NCBI GenBank assembly: GCA_032718475.1 | Contig: JAUCBJ010007889.1 | Coordinates: 1-62,520, forward strand | Length of the DNA stretch: 62,520 bases | Source of the DNA: Nemertoderma westbladi | Taxonomy: Eukaryota > Animalia > Xenacoelomorpha | Direction of reading: 5' to 3' | Part shown: piece after piece, positions 8,276 through 21,302 of the stretch | Layout: the number at the start of each line of letters is the position of its first letter | Numbering within the stretch: the stretch's first letter is position 1 | Made by a program: the position numbers and the translations under genes | Notes under the pieces: model-generated | Seen by the model: the letters and a program-made list of their open reading frames with translations, nothing else | What the model was told of the DNA's origin: nothing | The model's database searches: none

Positions 8276-11200
8276 CAGTTTATTTGTAAGATCAATTTGG
8301 ATGGAAATGGGCCACTGTAAATGATGTATATTTGTGGCCCTAATGTAAATCATCTCATTCTTTATGATAGTAAAGGTGGCCCTTTTCCCGTTCATTTAAT
8401 TTAATAAATCAATTTTGAAACAAATGGGCCAGTCAAACTTTCTCAAAAAATGACATGAATAGTAACATGAATTGTAAGACTTGCAATGTAATTACCACAG
8501 TTAAGTAAACTAAAATAATAAAAGTTTTAATTATGCATTATTTTTGTTTGAACATATTTTATGTATGGTTGATATATCTTCTTGAAATTTGGTAAGAGTG
8601 ACCTACACCTACAAGCATTGTTTATTTAGAAATTCTAAATTCAGACAAACTTTAAAGTTCCCCTGTCTGCCGCTAGGGGGGCGAATTGACAGAATCGTAG
8701 AAGTAGCTGTGTAATTATAGAACCAACCACCAGATTCCATCTGAAATTTGGTAGGAGTGAACAAGGAGAATTGCATAATTATAAATTCTATGCCTAGACG
8801 GACTTTTATAGTTCTTATGTTCGTTATTCGTTACTATGTTCTAGCTCTAAAGAGCCTTGTCCATAAATATCTCCATGGCGCTACAGTATGGCCCTAATGC
8901 TGTTAAGCTCATTGTATTTCATTCTGGCCCTTTTTCAGTTCAGTTTATTGGTAAGATCAATTTGGATGCAAAAGGCCACTGTAAAAGATGTATATTTGTG
9001 GCCCTAATGTAAATCATCTCATTCTTTATGATAGTAAAGGTGGCCCTTTTCCCGTTCATTTAATTTAATAAATCAATTTTGAATCAAATGGGCCAGTCAA
9101 ACTTTCTCAAAAAATGACATGAAAAGTAACATGATTTGTAAGACTTGCAATGTAATATTTACCTCAGTTAACTTAAAACTAAAATAATGTAGATTTTAAT
9201 AAACATTATTTTTGTTTGAACATATTTTATGTACTGTACGGTTAGACTTTTCAAGTTCCCATGTCTTCAACGGGCAGTTATCGCCGTTGCTTAAGTAGAA
9301 ATTATACACACAGACAGACTTTAAAGTTCACCTGTCTGCCGCTAGGGAGGCGAATTGACATAAACTTAGAAGTAGCTGTGTAATTATAGAACCAACCATC
9401 AGATTCATCTGAAATTTGGTAGGAGTGAACAAGGAGCATTGCATAATTATAAATTCTATGCCTAGAAGGACTTTTATAGCTCTTATGTTCGTTATTCGTT
9501 ACTATGTTCTAGCTCTAAAGAGCCTTATCCATAAATATCTCCATGGCGCTACAGTATGGCCCTAATGCTGTTAAGCTCATTGTATTTCATTCTGGCCCTT
9601 TTTCATCTCAGTTTATTGGTAAGATCAATTTGGATGCAAAAGGCCACTGTAAAAGATGTATATTTGTGGCCCTAATGTAAATCATCTCATTCTTTATGAT
9701 AGTAAAGGTGGCCCTTTTCCCGTTCATTTAATTTAATAAATCAATTTTGAATCAAATGGGCCAGTCAAACTTTCTCAAAAAATGACATGAAAAGTAACAT
9801 GATTTGTAAGACTTGCAATGTAATATTTACCTCAGTTAACTTAAAACTAAAATAATGTAGATTTTAATAAACATTATTTTTGTTTGAACATATTTTATGT
9901 ACTGTACGGTTATACTTTTCAAGTTCCCATGTCTTCAACGGGCAGTTATCGCCGTTGCTTAAGTAGAAATTATACACACAGACAGACTTTAAAGTTCACC
10001 TGTCTGCCGCTAGGGAGGCGAATTGGCAGAAACGTAGAAGTAGCTGTGTAATTATAGAACCAACCATCAGATTCATCTGAAATTTGGTAGGAGTGAACAA
10101 GGAGCATTGCATAATTATAAATTCTATGCCTAGACGGACTTTTATAGTTCTTATGTTCGTTATTCGTTACTATGTTCTAGCTCTAAAGAGCCTTGTCCAT
10201 AAATATCTCCATGGCGCTACAGTATGGCCCTAATGCTGTTAAGCTCATTGTATTTCATTCTGGCCCTTTTTCAGCTCAGTTTATTGGTAAGATCAATTTG
10301 GATGCAAATGGGCCACTGTAAATGATGTATATTTGTGGCCCTAATGTAAATCATCTCATTCTTTATGATAGTAAAGGTGGCCCTTTTCCCGTTCATTTAA
10401 TTTAATAAATCAATTTTGAAACAAATGGGCCAGTCAAACTTTCTCAAAAAATGACATGAATAGTAACATGAATTGTAAGACTTGCAATGTAATTACCACA
10501 GTTAAGTAAACTAAAATAATAAAAGTTTTAATTATGCATTATTTTTGTTTGAACATATTTTATGTATGGTTGATATATCTTCTTGAAATTTGGTAAGAGT
10601 GACCTACACCTACAAGCATTGTTTATTTAGAAATTCTAAATTCAGACAAACTTTAAAGTTCCCCTGTCTGCCGCTAGGGGGGCGAATTGACAGAATCGTA
10701 GAAGTAGCTGTGTAATTATAGAACCAACCACCAGATTCCATCTGAAATTTGGTAGGAGTGAACAAGGAGAATTGCATAATTATAAATTCTATGCCTAGAC
10801 GGACTTTTATAGTTCTTATGTTCGTTATTCGTTACTATGTTCTAGCTCTAAAGAGCCTTGTCCATAAATATCTCCATGGCGCTACAGTATGGCCCTAATG
10901 CTGTTAAGCTCATTGTATTTCATTCTGGCCCTTTTTCAGTTCAGTTTATTGGTAAGATCAATTTGGATGCAAAAGGCCACTGTAAAAGATGTATATTTGT
11001 GGCCCTAATGTAAATCATCTCATTCTTTATGATAGTAAAGGTGGCCCTTTTCCCGTTCATTTAATTTAATAAATCAATTTTGAATCAAATGGGCCAGTCA
11101 AACTTTCTCAAAAAATGACATGAAAAGTAACATGATTTGTAAGACTTGCAATGTAATATTTACCTCAGTTAACTTAAAACTAAAATAATGTAGATTTTAA

Positions 11201-13083
11201 TAAACATTATTTTTGTTTGAACATATTTTATGTACTGTACGGTTAGACTTTTCAAGTTCCCATGTCTTCAACGGGCAGTTATCGCCGTTGCTTAAGTAGA
11301 AATTATACACACAGACAGACTTTAAAGTTCACCTGTCTGCCGCTAGGGAGGCGAATTGACATAAACTTAGAAGTAGCTGTGTAATTATAGAACCAACCAT
11401 CAGATTCATCTGAAATTTGGTAGGAGTGAACAAGGAGCATTGCATAATTATAAATTCTATGCCTAGACGGACTTTTATAGCTCTTATGTTCGTTATTCGT
11501 TACTATGTTCTAGCTCTAAAGAGCCTTATCCATAAATATCTCCATGGCGCTACAGTATGGCCCTAATGCTGTTAAGCTCATTGTATTTCATTCTGGCCCT
11601 TTTTCATCTCAGTTTATTGGTAAGATCAATTTGGATGCAAAAGGCCACTGTAAAAGATGTATATTTGTGGCCCTAATGTAAATCATCTCATTCTTTATGA
11701 TAGTAAAGGTGGCCCTTTTCCCGTTCATTTAATTTAATAAATCAATTTTGAATCAAATGGGCCAGTCAAACTTTCTCAAAAAATGACATGAAAAGTAACA
11801 TGATTTGTAAGACTTGCAATGTAATATTTACCTCAGTTAACTTAAAACTAAAATAATGTAGATTTTAATAAACATTATTTTTGTTTGAACATATTTTATG
11901 TACTGTACGGTTAGACTTTTCAAGTTCCCATGTCTTCAACGGGCAGTTATCGCCGTTGCTTAAGTAGAAATTATACGAACAGACAGACTTTAAAGTTCAC
12001 CTGTCTGCCGCTAGGGAGGCGAATTGGCAGAAACGTAGAAGTAGCTGTGTAATTATAGAACCAACCATCAGATTCATCTGAAATTTGGTAGGAGTGAACA
12101 AGGAGCATTGCATAATTATAAATTCTATGCCTAGAAGGACTTTTATAGCTCTTATGTTCGTTATTCGTTACTATGTTCTAGCTCTAAAGAGCCTTGTCCA
12201 TAAATATCTCCATGGCGCTACAGTATGGCCCTAATGCTGTTAAGCTCATTGTATTTCATTCTGGCCCTTTTTCATCTCAGTTTATTGGTAAGATCAATTT
12301 GGATGCAAAAGGCCACTGTAAAAGATGTATATTTGTGGCCCTAATGTAAATCATCTCATTCTTTATGATAGTAAAGGTGGCCCTTTTCCCGTTCATTTAA
12401 TTTAATAAATCAATTTTGAATCAAATGGGCCAGTCAAACTTTCTCAAAAAATGAAATGAATAGTAACATGATTTGTAAGACTTGCAATGTAATATTTACC
12501 TCAGTTAACTTAAAACTAAAATAATGTAGATTTTAATAAACATTATTTTTGTTTGAACATATTTTATGTACTGTACGGTTAGACTTTTCAAGTTCCCATG
12601 TCTTCAACGGGCAGTTATCGCCGTTGCTTAAGTAGAAATTATACGCACAGACAGACTTTAAAGTTCACCTGTCTGCCGCTAGGGAGGCGAATTGACAGAA
12701 ACGTAGAAGTAGCTGTGTAATTATAGAACCAACCATCAGATTCATCTGAAATTTGGTAGGAGTGAACGAGGGGCATTGCATAATTATAAATTATATGCCT
12801 AGACGGACTTTTATAGTTCTTATGTTCGTTATTCGGTACTATGTTCTAGCTCTAAAGACCCTTATCCATAAATATCTCCATGGCGCTACAGTATGGCCCT
12901 AATGCTGTTAAGCTCATTGTGTTTCATTCTGGCCCTTTTTCATCTCAGTTTATTGGTAAGATCAATTTGGATGGAAATGGGCCACTGTAAATGATGTATA
13001 TTTGTGGCCCTAATGTAAATCATCTCATTCTTTATGATAGTAAAGGTGGCCCTTTTCCCGTTCATTTAATTTAATAAATCAAT
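8276..13083. repeat. 665/668-bp tandem satellite, ~7.2 units in the order A-B-B-A-B-B-B-partial
   Basis: Unit starts (CAGTTTATT.GTAAGATCAATTTGG) at 8276, 8941, 9609, 10277, 10942, 11610, 12278, 12946. The two types differ by an internal ~80-bp block. Confidence 0.95.
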
Positions 13084-13109
13084 CCTCTGTAAAATATTCT
13101 ATCCTATCT

Positions 13110-15028
13110 ATTATCCTCTGTAAAACCGTATTCGAAGAGATCCAACGGTCTTTAAGGCGAGGAGTTCGGGTCCAACATGCTGTGAGACTTCAAGAGGCAA
13201 CTGCTAATATGCCGACTAAGGAGGAACTAGGATCTTTCTTCAATTCAGAGATCGTGAGTGAAATTAAAAGCGCGATAAAACAACTTGACGATCCAAAGAT
13301 CAATCCAACTGATGTGCCACTTTGGCAAATGCAAAGCCTGCTGTTATGTGAGCTAATTTTGAAACCATCGATTAGACCTGGAGGTGTATTGAATATGACA
13401 CTAGATGATGTTACAAAAAGGTGCACTGAGGGAGAGTTTGTAATAATTACTGTACGGGACCACAAAACAAACGGTATTTACGGACCATTGAAAGTTGTCA
13501 TGTCTGCAGAAGTGTATGGACTTCTTAAGAGGTGGATATATTTCGGAAGAAGCCAATATGCTAAAGAAAACTTGTCTGTTCCAAATGTTTTTACAAACAC
13601 TCAAGGCCATCAACTTGCAGTTGTGGCACCAAAGCTTCAAGCTCTCTGGTTGGCTGTACTTCCCGATTCGACAAGTACAATAACACCTACAGAAGTCCGA
13701 CATGTGGTTTCAACTCTCAACCAGCAGGAGACAACTACGTATTCTGATCAAAACCTTGTGTGCAGGTAAGAACAGTTCCTTGATTATTATAGTTAGTATT
13801 ATTATACAGTACCGGCATTCTCTTTTTTTTTATATATATATATAAGGTTCTTTGATTTAGGGGATCAGTTGTTTTAAATTGATGCAATATCTATGCTAGA
13901 TACCGGTATATAACAATTCAATGTAACTTATTTCCAATATTAATTCTAAATAAAGTTCTAAAAGTTTATATTTAGGATCAAGCTTTCAGCCCTGAATAGG
14001 GGTATTCTTCAGTAAAGCGGGATTACAGCGCAACACACACGAAACTGGTGCTTAAATATCTCATAATTTGCGGGTTCTTGTCACATTTATTTTATTATTC
14101 ATTCATATTTATTATTATTATTAAAATGGTATTCTTTAATAATGACTTTATTAATATACTTCAATATTATTAAACAGGTTAGGTTAAGGAATAGGATGTC
14201 CTGTCCATGTCCAAACCCTAGACTAAAAGTATCCTAAACCCAAACCTATAAAACGAGATATATCTGTTCTAAAACTTACCAGGTTCAGATTGACCTACAT
14301 AACAAAACCTTTCATGCGGTCTCCTTTACCAACAGCCGGTTGTTACAGGCTGTTTTAGATAGAATTTGATGGAATGTTTATTGCATGATAAGAATGAAAT
14401 AGTGGAATAATAATATTTACTCAAAATTTTTAATTTGACATCGTTGTTTTATAGGGCAATGGGGCATTCGATGACGACTCAACGATCTGCTTATGAAGCT
14501 TCGTTGTCCAACACTAGAGCTGCTGATGCGTACCGCATCATTGGAGGATTGTGTGCCGGTACAGAATCTCAGCCAACAAGATGTGTGACCAGTGCAGACG
14601 ACGATCTGCTTTGTTCACCTTCACCAATAAGTTCTTCTGATGATACACATTTTTGTGGTTTTAGTAATGTCGAAGGAAGCGAGAATGGTAGAAGTCAACA
14701 GTTGGAGCGAAGTACAGGCGAAGAACGAGACCAGCTTCAATCATGTTCCACGTTTAGACCTTTGACGGTGAGTCCCTTAAAGGCTGGTTTAGTGCCGGAT
14801 CAGATAGATTCGCCAAAGATAAAAAAGCGAGCACTGTGGTTGGAAGCTGACATGGTTATTGTCAAGAGGTTGTTCGATGACTACATTTTTCGCAATAGAT
14901 CATTTGCAAAGAATACGTTAAAAAAAGAATTGGATGAAGCAGTTAAAGAACTGGGTGATAAATTTACTGCGAAGCAAATTTACGCCAAGATTAATGTTAT
15001 TAAAATACGGAATAAGAACACTGAATAG
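13110..15028 (+). pseudogene. Tyrosine recombinase copy 1, 5'-truncated; exon 13110-13765, GT-AG intron 13766-14454, exon 14455-15028
   Basis: Splicing CAG|GTAAG ... TTTTATAG|G gives SIRPGGVLNMT...DHKT...YGP...TEVRH...VCRAMGHSMTTQRSAY, the YR catalytic R, K, R, H and Y residues. The frame is open back to ~13110, where it abuts the satellite. Confidence 0.85.
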
Positions 15029-15679
15029 CCTGAAGTTACCTCAGCTTGACTGATATATAATTAAAATATATTATATTTTAATTAAATATTTTAACTCAAA
15101 TTATACCGTTACTTCGGTAACAACTCTAATTGTTACTAATGTTTCTATTGAAACTACTAATAACTTTTATTAATTCCGTAAACTCCTTTTAGTAATCATT
15201 GTTATATTCATGGAATACCTATTAGTAACTTTGTACTTGTTTCACCAATTTTTAGTGGTGGTATACTTTTATGTCCATTAAAAATCTATATTATACCGTT
15301 AAAACAATATACAGTAGGCTATACTTAAATGTAAATAAATTTTATGATTTTTCAATTCCTAACTTCAAATTGTGCTAAATTCCATATATTTATTTAAAAC
15401 ATTACATTGTGCATCTAATATTCTGAATTGTTCTAAAATTCATATTTTTTATTTCGTTTCATCTTTATAATTATTACCTTACCTATTATTGTGCTATATA
15501 TATTCAGAATTGTGCTAAATTCCTTATTTATATTTGTCCGTATCTGTCTCTGATGTCCTACAACACACACACACACAGTTTGTCGAGATGCAATAATAAG
15601 TAAATTACATTATTAACTACGGTATAATTAACATTTTTTATTTTTGGCTCCTAATAGTCGTATTATGAATTTTAATACC

Positions 15680-16216
15680 TATAGTCAGTTGTTTTAGCTT
15701 TTAGATACTCAGTTTAATATAGTCAGTTGTTTTAGCTTTTAGATACTCAGTTAAATATAGTCAGTTGTTTTAGCTTTTAGATACTCAGTTTAATATAGTC
15801 AGTTGTTTTAGCTTTTAGATACTCAGTTAAACATAGTCAGTTGTTTTAGCTTTTAGATACTCAGTTTAATATAGTCAGTTGTTTTAGCTTTTAGATACTC
15901 AGTTTAATATAGTCAGTTGTTTTAGCTTTTAGATACTCAGTTAAATATAGTCAGTTGTTTTAGCTTTTAGATACTCAGTTTAATATAGTCAGTTGTTTTA
16001 GCTTTTAGATACTCAGTTAAATATAGTCAGTTGTTTTAGCTTTTAGATACTCAGTTTAATATAGTCAGTTGTTTTAGCTTTTAGATACTCAGTTAAATAT
16101 AGTCAGTTGTTTTAGCTTTTAGATACTCAGTTAAATATAGTCAGTTGTTTTAGCTTTTAGATACTCAGTTAAATATAGTCAGTTGTTTTAGCTTTTAGAT
16201 ACTCAGTTTAATATAG
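15680..16216. repeat. 38-bp minisatellite, ~14 copies
   Basis: ATAGTCAGTTGTTTTAGCTTTTAGATACTCAGTT(T/A)AAT in tandem. Confidence 0.95.
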
Positions 16217-17090
16217 TGTCTACTCTAGTGAATTAGCTTGTATAATTGTTGAATTAGTGAATTCAATGAAATCAAAGACCCACCTTCTCAACGTTCAAAC
16301 ACCAAGACAACCACTGTAGTACAACTTTATTTACATTTAATAATTACAAGGGATGACATCTGCAAGACACAAACACGTGAGATTTCACCCCCTTTATTAT
16401 ACCTAAATTAATGAACAACTGACAACTGAACGTGTTTTGTTTTTTTATATACATGATATCACTTCCGTTATTGGTTGCAGGTTCGGCCAAATAATAGTGT
16501 AACGTCATTTATATCGTATGTAATCACTGGTATACTGTGGTATGCCATTTTGTAAATTTTGCTTGTGACATCATTATACTGATATTTCGATATAGACACT
16601 TAGTCTAAAATATGAGTTTTGTTTTAAATGTTCATGTTCCTCATCGTCAATATGTTTGGTGTTTTGGAATTTCCTCCAAACGTTTACACAATATTTAGCA
16701 TTTTGCACATTTATCACAATTAAATATAATTACTTGGCCTATTAATTGCTGTTGTGCCTTGGTTGTGCGGCGCACAATTAATAAATTTATGCCATTATGT
16801 AGAGTTGATTATTAATGAATCCAAATGTACCAGACGGTAATAAAGGTGGGAGTTTCGTCTATATATCGTTCTGTATTTTTCAATGTACATTAGCGTTAAT
16901 TACTTCGATTTCACAAATATTTTAATTCAGTAGAGTTTCAGTTTCTTCATCCTGTTGTTTATTTCTCTTTCTGTGCTTTGCAGTGTATTTTAATCTGATT
17001 TTTTTGCAAGAAATGGCGTTACAATATGAATATACTACCTTAACCAAAACAAACAACAACCACAGTATTACGTTAATTGAATTATTGAAT

Positions 17091-18346
17091 TTGTTGCTCA
17101 TTGATGCTCGTTGTTGCTCGTCATTGCTCGTTGTTGCTCGTCATTGCTCGTTGTTGCTCGTCATTGCTCGTTGTTGCTCGTCATTGCTCGTTGTTGCTCG
17201 TCATTGCTCGTTGTTGCTCGTCATTGCTCGTTGTTGCTCATTGTTGCTCGTTGTTGCTCATTGTTGCTCGTTGTTACTCATTGTTGTACTTTATTATTGC
17301 TCATTGTTGCTCGTTGTTGCTCATTGTTGTTCGTTGTTGCTCATTGTTGTTCGTTGTTGCTCGTTGTTGCTCATTGTTGCTCATTGTTGTACTTTATTAT
17401 TGCTCATTGTTGCTCGTTGTTGCTCATTGTTGTTCGTTGTTGCTCGTTGTTGCTCATTGTTGCTCGTTGTTGCTCATTGTTGTACTTTATTATTGCTCAT
17501 TGTTGCTCGTTGTTGCTCATTGTTGTACTTTATTATTGCTCATTGTTGCTCGTTGTTGCTCGTTGTTGGTCATTGTTGCTCGTTGTTGCTCATTGTTGTA
17601 CTTTATTATTGCTCATTGTTGCTCGTTGTTGGTCATTGTTGCTCATTGTTGTACTTTATTATTGCTCATTGTTGCTCGTTGTTGCTCATTGTTGTTCGTT
17701 GTTGCTCGTTGTTGCTCATTGTTGCTCGTTGTTGCTCATTGTTGTACTTTATTATTGCTCATTGTTGCTCGTTGTTGCTCATTGTTGTACTTTATTATTG
17801 CTCATTGTTGCTCGTTGTTGCTCATTGTTGTTCGTTGTTGCTCATTGTTGCTCGTTGTTGCTCATTGTTGTACTTTATTATTGCTCATTGTTGCTCGTTG
17901 TTGGTCATTGTTGCTCGTTGTTGGTCATTGTTGCTCGTTGTCGCTCGTTGTTGCTCATTGTTGTACTTTATTATTGCTCATTGTTGCTCGTTGTTGCTCA
18001 TTGTTGTTCGTTGTTGCTCGTTGTTGCTCATTGTTGTACTTTATTATTGCTCATTATTGCTCGTTGTTGCTCATTGTTGTTCGTTGTTGCTCGTTGTTGC
18101 TCATTGTTGTTCGTTGTTGCTCGTTGTTGCTCGTTGTTGCTCATTGTTGCTCATTGTTGTTCGTTGTTGCTCGTTGTTGCTCGTTGTTGCTCATTGTTGT
18201 ACTTTATTATTGCTCATTGTTGTACTTTATTATTGCTCATTGTTGCTCGTTGTTGCTCATTGTTGTACTTTATTATTGCTCATTGTTGCTCGTCATTGCT
18301 CATTGTTGTTCGTTGTTGCTCGTTGTTGGTAATTTTTGCTCGTTGT
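17091..18346. repeat. 10-bp-based complex minisatellite (TTGTTGCTCR) with interspersed TTGTTGTACTTTATTATTGCTCA variants
   Basis: Seen directly; explains the three overlapping low-complexity ORFs. Confidence 0.95.
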
Positions 18347-18639
18347 GCATTTTAGCACCTACCATATTGGAGGCCTATTTCTGTATTTAATTCTATAGAA
18401 TTAACCACACGACATCCCCCCCCCAAAGTGCAAACAAACAGCAGTTTTGTCACAAATCACAGGATTCCATGTCACAGGATTGTCATGCATTTGTATGTAG
18501 GTAGACACCCGCCCCCCATCGTTATGTTAAAATTTTACTTTGGTATTAATATTTATATAATCAATATTCAATTATTAATATTCACTATTTCCATCCCATC
18601 CTTATAATGAATTATAATTTTTACCGTACACATTCATTA

Positions 18640-20402
18640 CAGTAAAAGTAAAAATCGTGCCGTTTTCGTGCCGCATGCAGTATTCGTAAAAGGTGCGTGC
18701 AATGTTATTTAAGATTCGTGAAGCCTTCGTCAATGGTTCGTCAGTCCGAATAATTTAACGAATGCGTATAGTATTCGTATCGCATGTGAGATTTCACTTG
18801 TAAATATATTCGTGGCTCATCATTCGTGGCACACGCGATACGCGTACAAAGCATTCTCAATTAGAGTACCGCACATACTGTAATACTGGCCAATCACAAT
18901 TCGGCAAATAATCGAACATAGTGTTATTAGTTAGTAGCTCTCCCCCTTTGTTACCAGTCAGCCAGTCCCATGTACTTTTTACTATATATTTAATGGGTTG
19001 CCCAGTAATTCTTAACTCCCGTTTATTATTTTGGTTCCCCATTATTTTGGTATGTAAACCTGTTTCCTTTACCAACATGCTTGATATACTGTAATAATGT
19101 AAAGGTCTACTGTAGTGTACTTACTGTGTGTAACTATAACTGTAGGCTAGGTGAGATAAATAATGACAACATAAAACTACTGTATTAACTTAAGGAACTA
19201 CAGTATGTAGGCATACTTATAGTATGTAGGCATCCCCCCCCCCCCCCCCCCCACCCGTAGTTTTAGCCCCTGTACAGTAGTACTCATTTCCCAAAGTTAT
19301 TACAGTAGTTTTATGTTGTCATTATTTATCTCACCTGGCCTACAGTACAGTACCAATACATATTGTAAAGCATGTGGCATTGTTATTAAATTGTTCGTGT
19401 GTATGGTGATATTTTCACACAGTTTCTTAGGCCTCCAGGTCGAATTTGTTTAATTCACTATAAAACGCCACTAAAAAGTCTACTGATATACTGTACAGTA
19501 CCAGTTAATTAACGGTAACTGCTACAGTAGGCCCTACACTTATTAATGGTAAAAAAATCTTACAGACAAAATACATCAAATGCATACATTTTATGAGATG
19601 TATCAACATAATTTCAATGATTTTTTTACTTTATTCTAGAATATTAATTCGCTTTTTTTTCCGATAATAAGTAATAAAATATATATAAAATAATAATAAA
19701 AATATATATAATAATAAAATAATATAATATGATAATAAAATAATATAATATAATAATAAAATAATGCAGTATAATAATAAAATATCATAAAAAATAATAA
19801 ACCATCAATAATAATTAATAAGATTGATTAAATTAATTAAAAGCTTGAAATTAATATTCTAGATAATAAAATCATCAGAACTATAACGATTTACGTCTGA
19901 AATTGCGTGCTCTTGAATTATATCTGAACATTTTTTTTGGGGAAATTGAAAATGGCTTTCATATTCGATTCGGAATATCAAGTATATTTAAAAAAAAATA
20001 AAATAAAATTGACACGTTTTAACAGTTGTAAACTGTTAAATCTATGTAAACTGTAGCGAAATAATAAAAAAAATAAAAATCCTGCGTTAAACATTCGTAT
20101 AACATTCGTAAAACATTCGTAACGCATTCGTATAGCGTGGGAAACATTCGTATATAACATGCGGATATAGCATTCGTATAGTGTGCGGGAAACATTCGTA
20201 TAAGATTAGGGACGCATTCGTAGAATGTGCGGGATTCGAATAAGGTTCGTATAACATTCGATATGCGAATAAAGGATGCGTATTTGGTTCGGTTTTCGCA
20301 TTCGTATCGCATGGTTCATCTATGTAACATTTCAGAATTCGTTACGAATGCGTGAAATATGCGCCATCCCATGCGTTACGCATGCGGAGTTTTTTTACTG
20401 GG
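18640..20402. mobile_element. Degenerate non-autonomous DNA element with ATTCGTA subterminal repeats (CMC/EnSpm-like organisation)
   Basis: Right end ...GCATGCGGAGTTTTTTTACTGGG. The left end is a decayed CAGTAAAA...CCGCATGC. Clusters of ATTCGT(A)/TACGAAT at 18650-18850 and 20090-20390. Confidence 0.35.
19139..19346. repeat. 53-bp inverted repeat pair (19139-19191 / 19294-19346) around a poly-C tract
   Basis: ACTGTAGGCTAGGTGAGATAAATAATGACAACATAAAACTACTGTATTAACTT versus its reverse complement, 2 mismatches. Confidence 0.8.
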
Positions 20403-21302
20403 AATTAAAGCCAACACCTATACAATTAGTGCAGGCCCAATTATCGTCGAATGATCATAAATGCAACTGAAATAAGTTTCAGATATATTTGTACAAATTT
20501 TTGGTGTGGCCAAAGTAACCCCGTTGTCCGCCATGGGCACCTGGGTTACTTTGTCCAGTGAAAAAATCAATTGAAAATATAACATTTTGAAAATTTTAAA
20601 TGTTCTATGTGGTGACCTGTTATTTAAGTATATCCACATGCTAGCTGTACATTACGTAATAGTCCATGTATATCATATTTCAATCAAAGATTGAAAGTTT
20701 TTTTTGCATTGTAATTAAGAAATAATTTAGTTTTAAAAATTATAACTGCTAAAACTTTTTTAATCTTCCATAACCTATAGAAGTGATGGCTATATAAGTA
20801 AGCTCTCCAGTCATGCTGGATATGGCATCAACATGTACATAGTTATTTTAGAATTGAAAAGAAAAACTCGTTTTTTTCAATTGGCCAAAGTAACCCAGGT
20901 GGCCAAAATATCCTATGTTTATGGTACTGGACTCGTGTAGCGCGAAGGCCAAACGAAAATTTTCAAGTATTGGAACTATCGGTACTGCCCTACAGTACCT
21001 ATCTTTTCAGCTTTTACTGCTTCACTACAGCGCTAGACTTTTGCTTGTCTGTCTCTGTCATGTTGTAGGCCTATATCGTAGTACAAGTACCAGTAGAGTA
21101 CCGTTACCGTAAGCAGTACAGGGTACACCAGTAGTCCTACAGAAGTAAGCTACTTCTGATCTTTCGGTGTTTGAATTGCCTCTTTGTTAAATTTGCGATT
21201 CCAGGATTCCGACACCCCAGCATAGGCCAGTACAGCAGTAGGCCTGCAGACCCACCCCACCAGTGCAGCAGTTCAGCAGAATTATCCTCTGTAAAACCGT
21301 AG

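Noticed and set aside
13182-13769. Prophage or bacterial integrase (contamination)
   Set aside because: The gene has a spliceosomal GT-AG intron and sits among eukaryotic repeats; no phage genes nearby.
16983-18390. Three overlapping Cys/Leu-rich ORFs of 414-449 aa
   Set aside because: Translations of a 10-bp simple repeat that is open in all three frames.
20500-20915. MITE defined by GGCCAAAGTAACCC motifs
   Set aside because: Motifs suggest a decayed DNA-transposon end, but no matching second terminus or TSD could be fixed.
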